This document shows, piece after piece, positions 25,830-40,360 of a stretch of DNA of 64,000 bases. Numbering within the stretch: the first letter of the stretch is position 1; each line of letters starts with the position of its first letter. The notes beneath the pieces are model-generated. The model had not been told where the DNA came from and ran no database searches. It worked only from the letters and a program-made list of their open reading frames with translations. This DNA comes from Eledone cirrhosa (taxonomy: Eukaryota). Position numbers and translations under genes: made by a program. Location: positions 100,006,001-100,070,000 of the forward strand of contig OZ024741.1 in the NCBI GenBank assembly GCA_964016885.1. The letters are read 5' to 3'.

Positions 25830-27490
25830 GTAACTGGAAGGTACAGGGTCTTGACAAAATACCAATATTCTGGTTGAAATATTTAACAGGAATACAGGGT
25901 TTAAATGCAAAACATTTAATAAAATGCCGACAGATCCAGATATAACATCCGACTGGTTCATTAAAGGGAGAAACAGACTGATTACAAACACCGCCAAAAT
26001 TACAGACCCATAAGTTTTCCTACAACCTATACGACCTTAACTGCAATAATATCGCCAAAAGAGATAAAACACATGAAGAAAAACACCGTGTTTCCAATAA
26101 AGCACGAATGATGCTATAAAGGCTCATATGGTTGTAAAGACCAATTACTACTCAATAAAATCATAACAGACACTTGCAGAAATAGGTTCCTTACCAAAAT
26201 CTTTTGACAGTTTCCCTGTGCAGGGATACTGAACACGGTAGCCACAAAAACGTAGTGCCAAACATAAACAAAATATTTATGAAACATGCCCTGAGTAAAA
26301 GGCCAAATATTCTGATAGATGAATAGATTTATAAAACTATGTGCGCATCCCGAATAACCAAAAGGTTTTCAAGGGTCTCCTTTCACCAAACCTTATTTTC
26401 CCAGCATTGCCACTGTTATCTGAGATAGGAAACATGACTGGGCTTCTATATAAATGCTACGACAATAATATTAACCGGCTACTCTATACAGACGTTCTAC
26501 AGATGGTCTCTGCAGACGGGGGACACTTTTATAAGTGATACAGACAGGACATACATGCAGAAAAGAAATAGAAATCAAACTTGGTCTCAAAAAAATGCAC
26601 CAATGCATTCCTGAAGAGAGGAAGTCTAGAGTAAAACAATAATATCTCGCTAGATATATAAACTGAGATAGAGGAATTAGATGAAACGCAGACACATAAA
26701 CACATGTAAATCATGAACTAGATGTTGTTCAACACAGAGATGAATGGAAGAATTAGGCAGAAATACTCTAGACGGATTAGATTACTATTTAAGTCAGAAC
26801 TAAATGCAAAGAATAAACAAATATGCAGTAATACGTAGTAATATGCTATTGTTTTAATATTCTGAACTGGACACTAAAAGAACCAACATAAAAGTTAGGA
26901 AAATTATGTCTGCATTTAGAATATATCACCCAAAATCTAGAGGGATTATACCTACCACGAACATAAGGCGGTACGGTATGCTAGCAAACAGAAAACTATC
27001 ATAATACAACCAATCTGGGACTATAAACATATCTAATGAAAAATAATGTAAAATTAATTTAACGAGCGACAGAACACAGAAAAATAATTTGTTTTCTGTG
27101 TTCAAGGAAGCTCAAATCTTCAAAATGAAAGCTGAATTGCCATATAATTATGTGAGAAATGAAACTGCAGATAAAACCGAAACAAAAATTGTAAAGAGGC
27201 TAAAACCTAAATTGAAACAGATCTCCAATATATTATGCTGTAACGATAGAATGAAAAACATCCTACATGACCTATACTCGAAAGACTTGATACTGAGATT
27301 GCAGCTTACGACAGTTTCTGGTGAACAATATGAATGGCTGGAAAACTCACTTGACATCATGTAGACAAACATTTGGAGTGTTGAAGATCAAGAGAGGAAT
27401 ATTTCAGGGCGACAAACTATCACCTTTGCTGTTTGTACTCAGTATGATTCAACTTTCATTGGTGTTGAGGAGGTCAACGGCTGGAGAGGT
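25830..27490 (+). mobile_element. Degraded R4/Dong-like non-LTR RT fragments (at least two pieces)
   Basis: GSYGCKDQLLLNKII (~26121) and KIKRGIFQGDKLSPLLF (~27385). Confidence 0.7.
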
Positions 27491-27534
27491 TCAACGGCTG
27501 GAGAGAGTCAACGTCGTGGGAACGAGGCGAGTTT

Positions 27535-29000
27535 AAGGTAAATAAAAAAAATTGAAACAAAACAAAAAATCCCCAACAGAGGTTAGACCAGCGTGGGTTA
27601 ATCGAGGTAAAACCTCACAAAAGCTACGCTCACCCTGATTGCTAAGGTGAAGCTGCCTCACTCAGTTGTCCTTCTTCAGTATTACAGACACACGCTCATA
27701 GCAAGCCAATTGACACGCGCTATTCTGGCCTCTCTCACCCATCTTTCAACAAACGCGCTGGAAACAGCACTTCCTTCTGCACCCTAATATTCCTTTTTAG
27801 CTCAAACCTGAAAAAAGCTAATGAGAGAGTCACCAAAGAGGAAAGTGTACGTGTTCAACATTTTTAGACACGTGCGCCACACGACAACTTTCACCATAGC
27901 CAATCGGCAAATGAAAACTGCCTGCCCTTCCTAGTTAAAAGAGGGTGGCGGGGCAATCTTAATTATAGACTTAGCTGGTGGCCGATCCGTCCTACACGCG
28001 ACAGCAAATGTTCGACGTAAACCGTGCAGGAATGTCTCGTCTCCACACGCGCATCTCAGATAGGCCTGGCTGACGGCAGTCTCATTCCTGTGAAGTTTAT
28101 CTGGAATTGGCAAAGCTCTCCAATAGCACTACCCGGCCAGGAATGTTTGGAAGTTATCTATTTACCTTGGACCGGAAATCCCCCGGAGAATAATAGCTAG
28201 TTGTCTTTCGTCGACACCCAGAGGACGTTGACACTCTTGACATTCACTAACACACTATAAATAGCCAAATCGGAGTTTCCACCGATCACAATGCCCGAGT
28301 GGTAAAAGTAATGAATGCTTGGAAACATTCTAGTATCCAAGCGCTCCTTCTCGGTCATCGCTTGACCCAAGATTGCTGCTCTATCAAGGAGACAAGTTGA
28401 AGAGAAATGTGCTAGTGAAAGGCAACCACATCTGTTCATCGCCTAAGGAAATCTAGGGATGTGGTTGCCACAGTGCATATCTGCGCATCATACGTCATAG
28501 CATGCTCAGTCCACCACGCAGCGGGTGTTGACAGCAGATGGAGCGCCTCACCATCGGAGGACATCCCTTCCGCATTGAGCGAAAGAGCAAACGCTTGACT
28601 GCAGTCGACGGGGCTTAGGAGAAGGTACGAGGGTTAGGGGATGCAGATGACGGACACGGTGTATGCGTTCGCGCCCTCCAGGTGACCTTTCAGTGGTAGC
28701 TTTATCCCGGTCCATTTCTGGTTGAGAGAGGCCACCATGCTCGTCATCTTGTCCCAGTTTTTGTTCGTCTGGAGGTCCAGATCAAACCAAACCAAACCCC
28801 TAGCAATTTAGTTGCTACATCAGTCCAGCACCTGACCACGCTGTTGGATGGTATGGACCTGCCGCTCCAGGTGCCGAGCCGTAGGCCCACCTACTTTTCC
28901 TAGTTAATCTTTGCTCCTGTGTTCGCCACATATTCTCTTAGATTATTGCCGCTCGCCTTGATTTGTTTGGCGCTCGACACCACTCCTGAGATATCCGCAC
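27535..29000 (-). mobile_element. Old 5'-truncated Tx1-like element, ORF2 3' half
   Basis: Minus strand reads WFDLDLQTNKNWDKMTSMVASL..KW...LKG and IIKIAPPPSF, colinear with elements C/D. The 3'-UTR motif cctctgttggggatttttt is at ~27565-27595. Confidence 0.85.
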
Positions 29001-31830
29001 AACTCGATAATATTCAACTGGTACTAACAGTAAAGCCAGCACCTCATGCAGGCTAAAGGAGAAGTAAGAAGTTGAAATGTCTTGCTGGGAAATATTTTAT
29101 GGAAACATACGCTATTTGTTTTCGAAAACAATGTTGTTCAGTTGTATAATGAAATTATGTGAAAATTCATGTAGGTGAGGAACTTACTGCATCGATTTAC
29201 GTTACAAGTATTGTTATTCGGATAACATGCTACTGCCGTTCCTTTAGAGATTTTTAATCTAAACATATCCGCATTATTATGCTGGATCTTATTGCTAGTG
29301 TTTATGTTACTGTTTTGATATTGTCAGACAAAGATATCATATTTTCTATGGGTAAATATAAGATATTCTACAATTAAGATATTCCAAAGTTAAATTAGAT
29401 ATGTTTTATTCATATTAGAAAATGATGTTTGTGTTCTCCAAGTAATTTACATTCTATAAACATGATTGTGTTTTAGATGTATTTGGTACTTGGTAAACAA
29501 GTTTTATCACTGAAATATTCTATATTCTAAAATCTTTTTTATATTTGAAATATGTAGTATTCATAACAACTTGTTACTTGTCGAATGAAAAAGAATATAT
29601 TTATCGAAGTAGCTCTGTAGGCACGTTTAAATTATGGCAGAAAAAAGATAATATACACATCAGCGACGGAAAGAATCTTGGATAATTTGTAATTAAATTA
29701 CGAGAAAATTGCATTAATTAAGCACCATACTGGAAATATGAATCTTTAAAACGATCTAATGAATTTCCGTTAAATATACGAATTTACACAATTACATAGA
29801 TACACACATATGCACACACAAGCAAGCTCGCATGCACGAACACGTATCATAATATAACGTATGTAGCTAGTATTCTGACAGAATGATATTTGATATTTTC
29901 TGACTGTAGGACTTGAATTAATTGACAAGAGTAACCAGTGTGCAATGAGTCTCGTGATATCAACGGTGGTCTGTTTGATTTCTAGGGAAAATACTAAGAA
30001 TTTAATAACGCATTAGCCATTCAATATCACCTCTCGGTGTGTTTTGCAGTTCATTATTGGTGTGATACTTCTTAGGCGGTGATACTTCTCAGCTAAACAG
30101 TGTTTACTCCGATAGAATAATATTATTGTTTATATGTTTATATCCAAAATATACAAGGCATCCTGATAAATGATTGCCAAATACAAAACTGCACACCCGC
30201 AAGCACATTCAGATAGACATTATATTATTACCATCTTCATACATACACACATACAGACATACATAGCTCTCTACATACACTGTTGTAACCAAGCAATGGC
30301 ATCGTACAATAATTAGCCAAATGATTCTTATCATTCCGATGCAATGCTGTCTCTACAATCTGTGATACTGAGAAGGCAATGTAAACCTGAGCTGATCCCT
30401 AATATAAAAAAAAGTATTCACTGATGCACAGCCACATATATCTGTCACCGCTGCATGCTATGTCATATTTCTAACCACAGCCATATTGTTGCCATTCAGA
30501 AGATCGGTATGTCGTTGAATTAGTCATTTGCATATTGGAGCCAAGATGGCGACACGACTAGCGGTGTTGCATCGGGGTTATTAATTTCCTCTCATTTATG
30601 GTCCTTTCTACTGTTATTGTTTTTGTTGTTGTGTTGCTTTCGATGTCATTATTATTATTATTATTGATATTATTATTATTCACATTATTATCATTATTAT
30701 TATTACTATTTCTTTTGTAATAGTCGAGCTTTCTGTTGTTGTTGTCGATGACTGTCTTATTGATGTTTTCGTTATCACTTCTCTTGTCATTTTTTTTTTA
30801 TTGTAGGGATGGTATGTAGATGGGATGCATGCTGATGGATTGCCTTGAAGTGACTAAGGAAGAATGGGGCCATAAACAGACCTCCTTTACAAAGTGGATG
30901 ACATTGTCATTGTTGAAATGCAACAATAGTGACAATCCCCTGTTTAGATGCATTCCCATCACATTATCTCTATTTCTGTCTTTGCAACCCATCTCTCTTT
31001 CTTTTTATCACACATACATAAACATGCTAATATACTCACATACAAATCATTCGAATCATAGACACATAAAATCACAAATACACACACACAAACACACATA
31101 CACACATACACACGTGAATGCACACCCACACACATACATTCACACATACAAACACACACACATACACACAGTCGGAGAGGTTATCCCCACACATAGCCCA
31201 GCAGCAAAGATTACAACTATTAAAATAGAAGCTTCTATCAAATAACAGCAATAAAAACAAACATCCTGATAGCAGTTACAAACATTATCACCACTACCAT
31301 CCTCACATTATGAACAACACCACCACCACCAGCATCATAATGCATCATGGTTTGAATTTCCCCAACTCCAACAATATTCACTACCACCAGCATCACTAAC
31401 TTCATCAGAAATCCTGTTAAGATAAATGGTCTCATGGTGAACATTTTGTCGTCGATTGACGGCAAAGGCCTTGGGGATTAATAAGATGTAGTTGCCCATG
31501 TGATGAGGTAGGAGTTAGGGTTGGTACGGTTGTAAAAAATAAGGGTCCAATATATAACATGGAGCACATGAAAAAGAAGACAACTTTGAAAGGAAGGGAT
31601 ATCAATATAAATGATTGTTGGATTAATTAGCAGGAAGACATAACATACTTTTGAATCATGTATCTAATTTATGTCTGGTCCAGTACATTACACTGCACAC
31701 ACAGAGTCATACAGAGACACACACAGAGACACGCATAAACACTCATATATGTATGTGTGCAACACTGAGTATATATATATATATTTAGAGAGCGAGGGGA
31801 AGAGAGAGAGAGAGAGAAGGAGAGAGAGAG

Positions 31831-31942
<112 letters not shown>

Positions 31943-32534
31943 TGGGGCACATTGACACATAGCTACAGACATAATCTCCCGAATATCCTCTTGTATACGT
32001 ATTAAAGATGTGTATTCTAAGGAGTGGTTAATTTATCTGAACCAAGCGTGATGTTTGGTCAACATTCCAAGTATTTACAGCCATCCACTGAAATTTACCC
32101 ATACAATACTTGAAAAATATTATTTGCTGTTCATTTTTATGACTTAGTAAGAGGAGGAAGGTCAGAGGCCATGAACCTCTGCAGGTTTTACCGAAACTGA
32201 TTAAGAAGAAGGATGAATCATGGTTTGTTGATATTGATACGAATGGTGGAACAGAGTGAAGAACACTACACGCACCAAAAGACCAGGTGGAAGTATTAAA
32301 CAGTATGAGGGTAGGTGTATACATCCTCATTACCACTATATGGACGACCCGAATTTACAATATTGTTGTGTCTGCTTTGACGTACACCAATTATAATTAT
32401 ATCATTTTTCTCCCAAGGGCTGGATTATTCCTAACCTCGTCCCACACCTCATTTTAAAATATAATTGTTATCTTTACACTTTAATTATATGCATACACAT
32501 ATGTGCGCAATATACATACATACATACATATAAA

Positions 32535-33386
32535 AGAGATAGAGATGTAGGCGAAACACCTAGATGTGATAACATGTGCGGACTCTACAGAATTAACATC
32601 GAAGATGTCACCCATGTCATCAGCAGCTGCACAAAGATGTCATTACGGTACTATCTACCTATGAGGCATGATGTAGTGGCCAAAACACTGTACAATGCAA
32701 TCCGTAGAAAAGATACCCCCGATAATAAACACATTAAAAGCTACAGCAATGTGGAAGACATACATAATATGGAAGAGTAGTGATGGAATGTTCCAGTAAA
32801 AACCCCCAATAAAATGCAGGCATAACAGACCAGATATTATGATATGGGACAGGAAAAAGAAAGCATGCACAGTAGTGGAAGTTAGCTGCCCAGCAGATGC
32901 CAATAAAATATCAGAGATTAGCGAAAAGGAGAATATTTATGCAGAACTGATGAGAAATCTGCAGATACTCCACCCTGATTACACCTTTAGATTTATGCCT
33001 GTGATTATTGGGGCACTGGGATATGTTAGTAACTGCCTCAATACAAATCTTGAGAAGCTAGGCTTCACAGGAACAGAAAAAACACAACTAGTTAGGAAAT
33101 TGCAAGTACAATCCATTAATGGAACAGTAAAAACTTTGTAAAATATTCCGAAAATGTTGCATCTAATGTACATATGCAAAGCTTATGCGCATGCACACAT
33201 ACAACTCAAAACATACACATTAACACATACAATAAAATCCATACCTGCATACACACGCATGCATACAAAGATTCATACATAACCTCCAAGTTGATGGTGT
33301 GTAAATTCCAATGAGAGAGAATTGTATCCATCTTAGAAACCGACTCTCTATCGGCAAACATTTGTGAAATTATAAAACCAGAAGAA
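32535..33386 (+). mobile_element. 5'-truncated R4-like element (restriction-like endonuclease end) inserted in (CATA)n
   Basis: Decayed CCHC, MRHDVVAK, RPDIMIWD...VVEVSCPAD, PVIIGALG; (TACA)n/(CATA)n on both sides. Confidence 0.85.
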
Positions 33387-33699
33387 CATACATACATGCA
33401 TACATACACGATTATCCACGCCCCCTCGTTATCGAGTATGGTCATTGCACGATATAGCATTAGTAATAATTATCAATTAATGCTTCTGCGTGAAGATTTT
33501 TGTAAAGTGAGGAAACACCGTGCACTGAGCCAATTCCACTCTTTGAACGATAGTAGCTATAACCCGAAAAGAAGAAAAGATCAGCATCATTGGTAACTAC
33601 TGAGCCGCAGGTTTAACATACATACATACATACATACATACATGCATACATACATACATACATACATACAATCATCCATGACTGCACACACATACATGC

Positions 33700-33813
33700 A
33701 TGCATACATCCATACATATCTACCTAGTTGATGTTGTGTAAATTCCAATGAGAGTCTATCTATGTTAGAAACCGACTCTCTCTCTATTGGCAAACATTTG
33801 TGAAATTATGAAA
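33700..33813 (+). mobile_element. Second 3'-end copy of the (CATA)n R4-like element
   Basis: agttgatg.tgtgtaaattccaatgagag...ttagaaaccgactctct...ggcaaacatttgtgaaattat matches 33289-33375; flanked by (CATA)n. Confidence 0.8.
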
Positions 33814-36394
33814 CATAACATACATACATATCATCTATGTTGTAGTTTTATATGTTTTATTATTGCGTGGGAATATTTGTGTGCACTTTTCTACGGTTTG
33901 GTCAATTATTTTGCTAGAATAACCGATGTTTTTAACTACTTAATCTATTATAGGAATTGCTTTTCTTCTCTTCCATACGTAGAGGAGAAACTAAATTATA
34001 TTTTAATCCGTTTTCCACCATGTCCGTGTCTTGCACTTTCAAATCTCGGTCTGTTTTCTGACAAACAATATGCTTACATTTGGTTCCAGTGTTCCTATGA
34101 CTAGTATTAGTTAACCTCTCTACAACGATTCAGGAAATTATACAATTGTGTGAAGCAAATAATGTATCAGAGGTATCTTGTTGGGTTTGGCACGCTGATC
34201 CGGTTTAAAGCTGACGTCATATGAATTGTCTGGAAGAGTATTTCGATTTTTTTTCATTTGGGTGGGGGTAAAAATAGCATTAATATTCTCCATAATAATC
34301 TTTATTTTTCTACATACTCATTCTAATCTAATGATACTCAAGATCCTATTTATGATACAATTTTTTCTACGTATTTATTTATGATCTGAATAGTATCTTG
34401 CCATCTTTACTAACGAACTTTATTTGTATTATTGTTTGTGGCATACGTCTGATATTTTGTTTGATCGGGTGGAATTAACAAGTCCTCTTGAGCTTGAACA
34501 GCATTCAGTGATGATTAATCAAGTTACTGTGTAGTAAAATCGAATCCGGAAGAACGTTGTTGCGAATCTTAAACTTCTTAAACTCACAGACATATATTCC
34601 CCTATATACATGGGTTCATTTATGCATGTCCTTAGTCACTGATGTATTCGTAGGGGAACCTTTGCGATATTAGCCGGGATTTCACTATTTAAGACGGACC
34701 ATCCCTCAACAGTTTGAACACAGCTTACTTCTTCCAAAGAATTAGAGAAAAAATTGTGCTCGGTGGGATTTGAACTCAGACCATGGGGCGTAAAGCAGTC
34801 TTTCCTACGCTCTAACGATTCAGCAGATTCACCAACTATGCCCCTACACGCAATAGATTGAATAACGAAATTTAAATCTGCCCCCTACTTTTGCCAATTT
34901 TAATTCCTTTGAACTTCATAGAATATTTCAATTTTGTAATATTTACAACATACTATTCTGTTAACTCTGTGTGATGTAACACACTATATCCTGAAACACA
35001 ACTTACAGCCTTATCTCCAAGTATCTTATCACAGCGTGGGGGTGGTAATAAGCGTAAAATCTATCTTCTTTAAGGCAAATTGATCGCACCAGATAATAGT
35101 ATCGTAAGACAGTTCAATGTCATAAACATTGCAACTCATTCGCAATATTGTCACATATTAAAACAGTAAATTTGTGTTTAGAATATCGATTATATATATT
35201 TGTTCCTAACTTCGTAGCATTAAGCATATGTACTGCAAATTACCTTAGGGATGAGACACTAATCTACCGCTGGTACATTTTCCCACAGGATGAATTGAAC
35301 ACGGTACTGTCAGCTTAAGTGTAACACATTATTTAAATCGATAATGTCGATGCTGCATGGAGCAATTGGCTGTCCACTTCTCATGCAGTAAATATATACC
35401 GCTAAATAGACTGGGGCTTTTCATAATTACGTTTCCCAACCAAGGGCGCATTCGGAACGGCTAATTTCTAGATGGTTGTAATCTACCTTATGAAGCCGGT
35501 CGCTCCCTCCTCAATAACATATTATGTTCCTATACAGCGTGAACCAATTGACTACTGGGTGAATTCGGTTAGTAATGTGTATCATAAATACAAACTTAAG
35601 ACTGTAAACAGAAAAAAGAGGTCAACCATTTTAAATGGGATCTCAGTACTCCCACCACAAGACCACTGCAATACTTAAATAGCATATAAAAAGATCGAAT
35701 GCATTTACATGCAATATTTCGATGCAGAGATTATCACAGATTTACTATGGGTGCCATTGACAGATAAGTCATTGACGAAGAAGGGAGTGAAATATGTTTT
35801 GTGCACTTGATGAAAGCTGGCTTTGTGTGTAGAAATAATACATGAGCAATAATGCATAAGTGAATAGGACCATAGACACAGCTTCCGCGGAATGTGTCGA
35901 CGGATATTTTTGCGGAGGAATGATTCTTAATGTGATTCCTGTCTGATACCAAAATGAATGGTTTATGTTGATAAAGAAGGCGGTGTGGCGTAAATGATTT
36001 AAGTGTAATGAGGTCACTAACATTGTGTTGGGCGGGATTTTGTGGCGAAATAAAAGGTTTTAGTGTTATTAAGACATCGCTTGTCAGGAGTGTCGGTTTC
36101 TTTAGAAGCAATTTATGATTCTCATTTACCTACTGCTACCAGACACCAGCAACTAAATAATTTATTATTATTGGATGGCAATAGGTCATTGGATAGCAAC
36201 AGAGTGGAAGAAGACAGAATTGTTTAAACACTTGGCAAAATATCTTGAGATATGCATTTCTTTTCAAGTTCTGTGTTCAAATCCCACTGAAGTTCTCTTT
36301 CGCTTAAATTACTATAATCTACTCATCCTAAAAAGATTCTATTGATATGCGCCTCTAGGACAAAGGCATATTGTGATTTGTGTTATTATTTGTT

Positions 36395-36484
36395 TCTTCT
36401 TCTTCTTCTTCTTCTTCTTCTTCTTCTTCTTCTTCTTCTTCTTCTTCTTCTTCTTCTTCTTCTTCTTCTTCTTCTTCTTCTTCT
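36395..36484. repeat. (CTT)n microsatellite
   Basis: Direct reading. Confidence 0.98.
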
Positions 36485-36561
36485 GCCCCCCTCTCTCTCT
36501 ATATATATGTATGTATGTATGTATTTATGTATGTATGTATGTATGTATGTATGTATGTATG

Positions 36562-36591
<30 letters not shown>

Positions 36592-36594
<3 letters not shown>

Positions 36595-36732
36595 GAACGA
36601 GTAGGATCCCGACGGCTGAACTTAAGCCGTTTCGACGGGGTCCTACTCGTTCCTATTACCCACTCTACTACCTTAAGTATTGAGTACTTTGGTGCGTTAT
36701 GGTCCACCTGGTTCCTTACCACATTTATTTCG

Positions 36733-36734
<2 letters not shown>
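36592..36734. mobile_element. Hairpin-headed family A element with collapsed hairpin, in (TA)n
   Basis: taggaacgagtaggatcccg...cggggtcctactcgttccta, plus the same tail as the 23244 copy. Confidence 0.85.
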
Positions 36735-36816
<82 letters not shown>

Positions 36817-37145
36817 AGTATATATATATATAAATGTATATATAGTTTATTTTAAAATACACTGTATGCTTAATTAAAAGCATTTTGAAACCAAACGCTC
36901 TTGATTTAAAATAGTGACAATGTCACTTATTTAAATTTTCAGCAAACAGGGGAGATAAACTGCAGATTTCTGTTTCGTACTTTTTGGTACTTATCAAAGC
37001 TCACTACTCCTCCTGTTTGCTGCAAATTATGTGTCTTGTATTCTTATAGAATTCCAGTAATAATCAGGAACTGACTATACAGAGCGGTCGCCGGTCCAGC
37101 AGAAATTGAAAATTATAATTGGTGCTCTGAAATAGCGATATATAT

Positions 37146-38006
37146 ATGAGTGAAGGCTTCATCTTAGCTGCTCAAGATCAAAGCTTATTGACTCGTAATT
37201 ACCAGGCGAATGTGATGAGAAACGGAATAAACCCAAAGTGCCGATTCTGCAATGCTGAGGTTGAAACAGTGGATCACTTAGTCTCTGAATGTAAAATTTT
37301 AGCACCAGGAGAATACAAATATAGACATGACAGAGTTGGCCAATATCTACACTGGGTAATGTGTCGGCATTACAAAATCAAAGCTTACGACAAGTGGTAC
37401 AATCATCACCCTGAGGCTGTAAGGAGAAAAAGTAACAATTCTCTGGGACTTTCCTGTACATTCTGACAGGACCATAAAAGCAAATAGACCTGACATCATT
37501 GTAAAAGATCAAGATGACAAGGTCTGTTTATTGATAGATATGAGCATCCTATGTGATCACAATATCGCGGCAAAAGTATTTAACACGCTACAAACATGTA
37601 AAGATCTGCTTATTGAAATTGAGAAAATGTGGCACCTCAAGGCCGTTGCAATACCAGTGATTATGGGAGGACTGGGAATGATCAAGAAAGGAACAGAACA
37701 ATATTTGCGAATGATTCCTGGTTTACCCTCTCTGCACGAGGTGCAAAAAATTGTTTTGACTGGTACAGCATAAGTATTGAGAAGAGCACTATCTCTGTAA
37801 ATTGATATGCCTCCTTGTATTTACATCTGCATATGCACATGTGTATATATGTTTACTGTTTTTTTTTAAATTATAATCAATGTGCTATATTAACTGGCTT
37901 AGCAATGCACACTGTGAATTTATTTGCCCTCGGTGTCAGGAAGACACTCAGCATATATGTCAGAAACAATAATGAAAGAAAATAAAAATGATAATAATAA
38001 TAATAA
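37146..38006 (+). mobile_element. 5'-truncated R4/Dong-like element with (TAA)n 3' end
   Basis: EGFILAAQDQSL.TRNY, CRFC...H....C, RHD, RPDIIV...LIDM, IPVIMGGLG; ends gataataataataataa. Confidence 0.88.
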
Positions 38007-38095
38007 AACTCCCGATGAACAAGAACCCTGGTGTGCTATACACCTGTTAAGAAAAATTCGGCAGATTTTCAATCAACCAACATTCTTCAATTGAA

Positions 38096-38190
<95 letters not shown>
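38096..38190. repeat. (ATCT)n microsatellite, 5' flank of Tx1-like element A
   Basis: Direct reading. Confidence 0.98.
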
Positions 38191-38424
38191 GTAAAATCTA
38201 GCTGTCGTCTGTTCGATAGCGTAGACGTAATTCACTTCGCGCAGAAGTTTTGTTCCAATTTATTGCGGAAATTTTGTAAGTTTAATTTTAATTTTGATAC
38301 TATTGTGTAACTTTACCCCCGTCTGAACTGTTAGGCAGTGGGTCAGCTCATTTTCGCCCCTCCCAGGGGTGAAAAACCTGTTTTTAAAAATGTTGTTGCA
38401 TAAAATTTCAATCCTCTGGGAGAA

Positions 38425-40327
38425 ATGTTAAACGAAGCTAACGAAAATAGTGGTGGGTGGACAGCGGTAAGAGTTGTAAGCTCGCACGCTTTAGTCCCCC
38501 CTTCCTTCCCAACTAACGTCATAGAGAAGGAAAGAAAAAATAAAATAAAAACAGACGAATGTGCGGAGAAAAATGTCGACGAAAACACAAATCTGGAGAT
38601 TGATTCCAACAACAAAAAAAATATGAAAGAATTGCATGACAATATTAATACCACAAACAAAGAAACAACAAACACAAAAATAACATTTGAAAACAACAAC
38701 ATCATAACAGAAAGCAAAACAGACGACAAAGTCAACACCAATAACATCTCATTTGCACAAACAACAAAAAAATCTTTAACATACATACCTCAAAATATTT
38801 CAGATGTGGCACAAAGAATAAAAAACGCCAAACAATTCATAACTCAAGGAGAAAATGGAGCCTTGTCGGTAAAAATGCCCCAAGAACTCACCAAAGATAT
38901 TGAAAGTCGGACGGTCGTTTTCTGCACCATCAACAACATCTCAAAAAAGCCACAACAACCAACACAAGCAGAAATTAAAGCGGTACTTAGAGAAGTAATT
39001 AATGAAGCCACTTTCATAAGAAGAGACAGGCTCTATGGAAGCCTGGCCATATTATGAAGAACGAATCGGCGGCAAAAAAATATGCTTTGTCGCCGATTCG
39101 TACGACAAAGTTTACCTTTTATCCATCTTATATGGGTAAAAGAACTCAGCGCATATGGCTGGATGCGATGATGCAAGATATGGACTACTGCTGGCTCATA
39201 GCTGGCTTCGTCGATCCAGCGAATGACAACGTGATTTCCATTGGGAAAACCACAGGCAATGCGTTCAGTGGAACAGGTATAGAACTTGTAGTGCAAATGA
39301 AGCCTGAACGCATTGCCCAAATACCCGACAGAATCCTATAAGAGGGCCACGGGTATATAAACATTAGCGTGGATGGGAGAAGGCCGTCCTGTCATATCTG
39401 TGCAGGCAGAGGGCACCTGAAGGCGGCTTGTCCCCAACTCAACAAGAATAAAACCCTGCTACCAACACCAGCTCCACCACCACCACAACAGATAAACAAA
39501 CAACAAAACTCAGTCTCACCCAACCTGTCCCTCCGTAAAACTACACCACCACCACAGCACAAACAGACACAACACATTACCCAAAAACAAAACACAGTGC
39601 CACCCAACCCCTCACTCAATAAAACAACACAACCACCGCAGCCACAACTCACAACACAGTCTAACATAGTGACATCCATCTCCCCGACAAAGAAAATTAA
39701 CACGGAAACATTACCAGCAAACATACCTCTTCCCTCCAACACTGAAGATAACCCAACGAATTCGGAGGAAGAAACGGAGTCCTTCAGACAGAGTAAAAGG
39801 AAAAAAACATGTGCAAAACACACAAGGCCAAACAGCCCCTACCCAAATGTCAACACAATCCAACAAAACACAAAACACCCCTCCAGCAACAAACAAAACC
39901 AAACCTGCCCCTCCTCTTTTCGAAACACTCACACCATCTGAAAAAAAGACATTTCACTATACTTACATCAACAGAAACAATAATAAATTAAATGAACTCA
40001 TAAACAATAACACTTCGGTACAAACCGAAGGGGTAAAGTTTGTTTCTTCAGAAATCTACCCACATTTAAAATTAATAAAGATCCCAATGAACCTCTACCA
40101 AAAACTAAAAGAGGATTTTAAGGAGGACGTAGGACCACCCTCTGTCAAACCCATAAACCGCGTCCTCCTAAAAAGCTTCCCCCCTCCCCTTCCCCTCCCC
40201 ACACAACTCCAAACACCCCAACCCCACCACACACTGACGACCCCACACCACCACAAGACACGCCTTCACCCAACACCCCGACCCCATGGAAGTCGTGCGA
40301 CCCGAACCCCGGGAAGCAGAAAGGTAG
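38425..40327 (+). pseudogene. Element A ORF1 (RRM-like region, CCHC knuckle), disrupted
   Basis: Fragments starting at 38425, 39054, 39369 and 39811 are colinear with B ORF1; CHICAGRGHLKAAC. Confidence 0.85.
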
Positions 40328-40360
40328 GTCTCTACACTCTCCTTTGGCTTTGCCGCCCAC

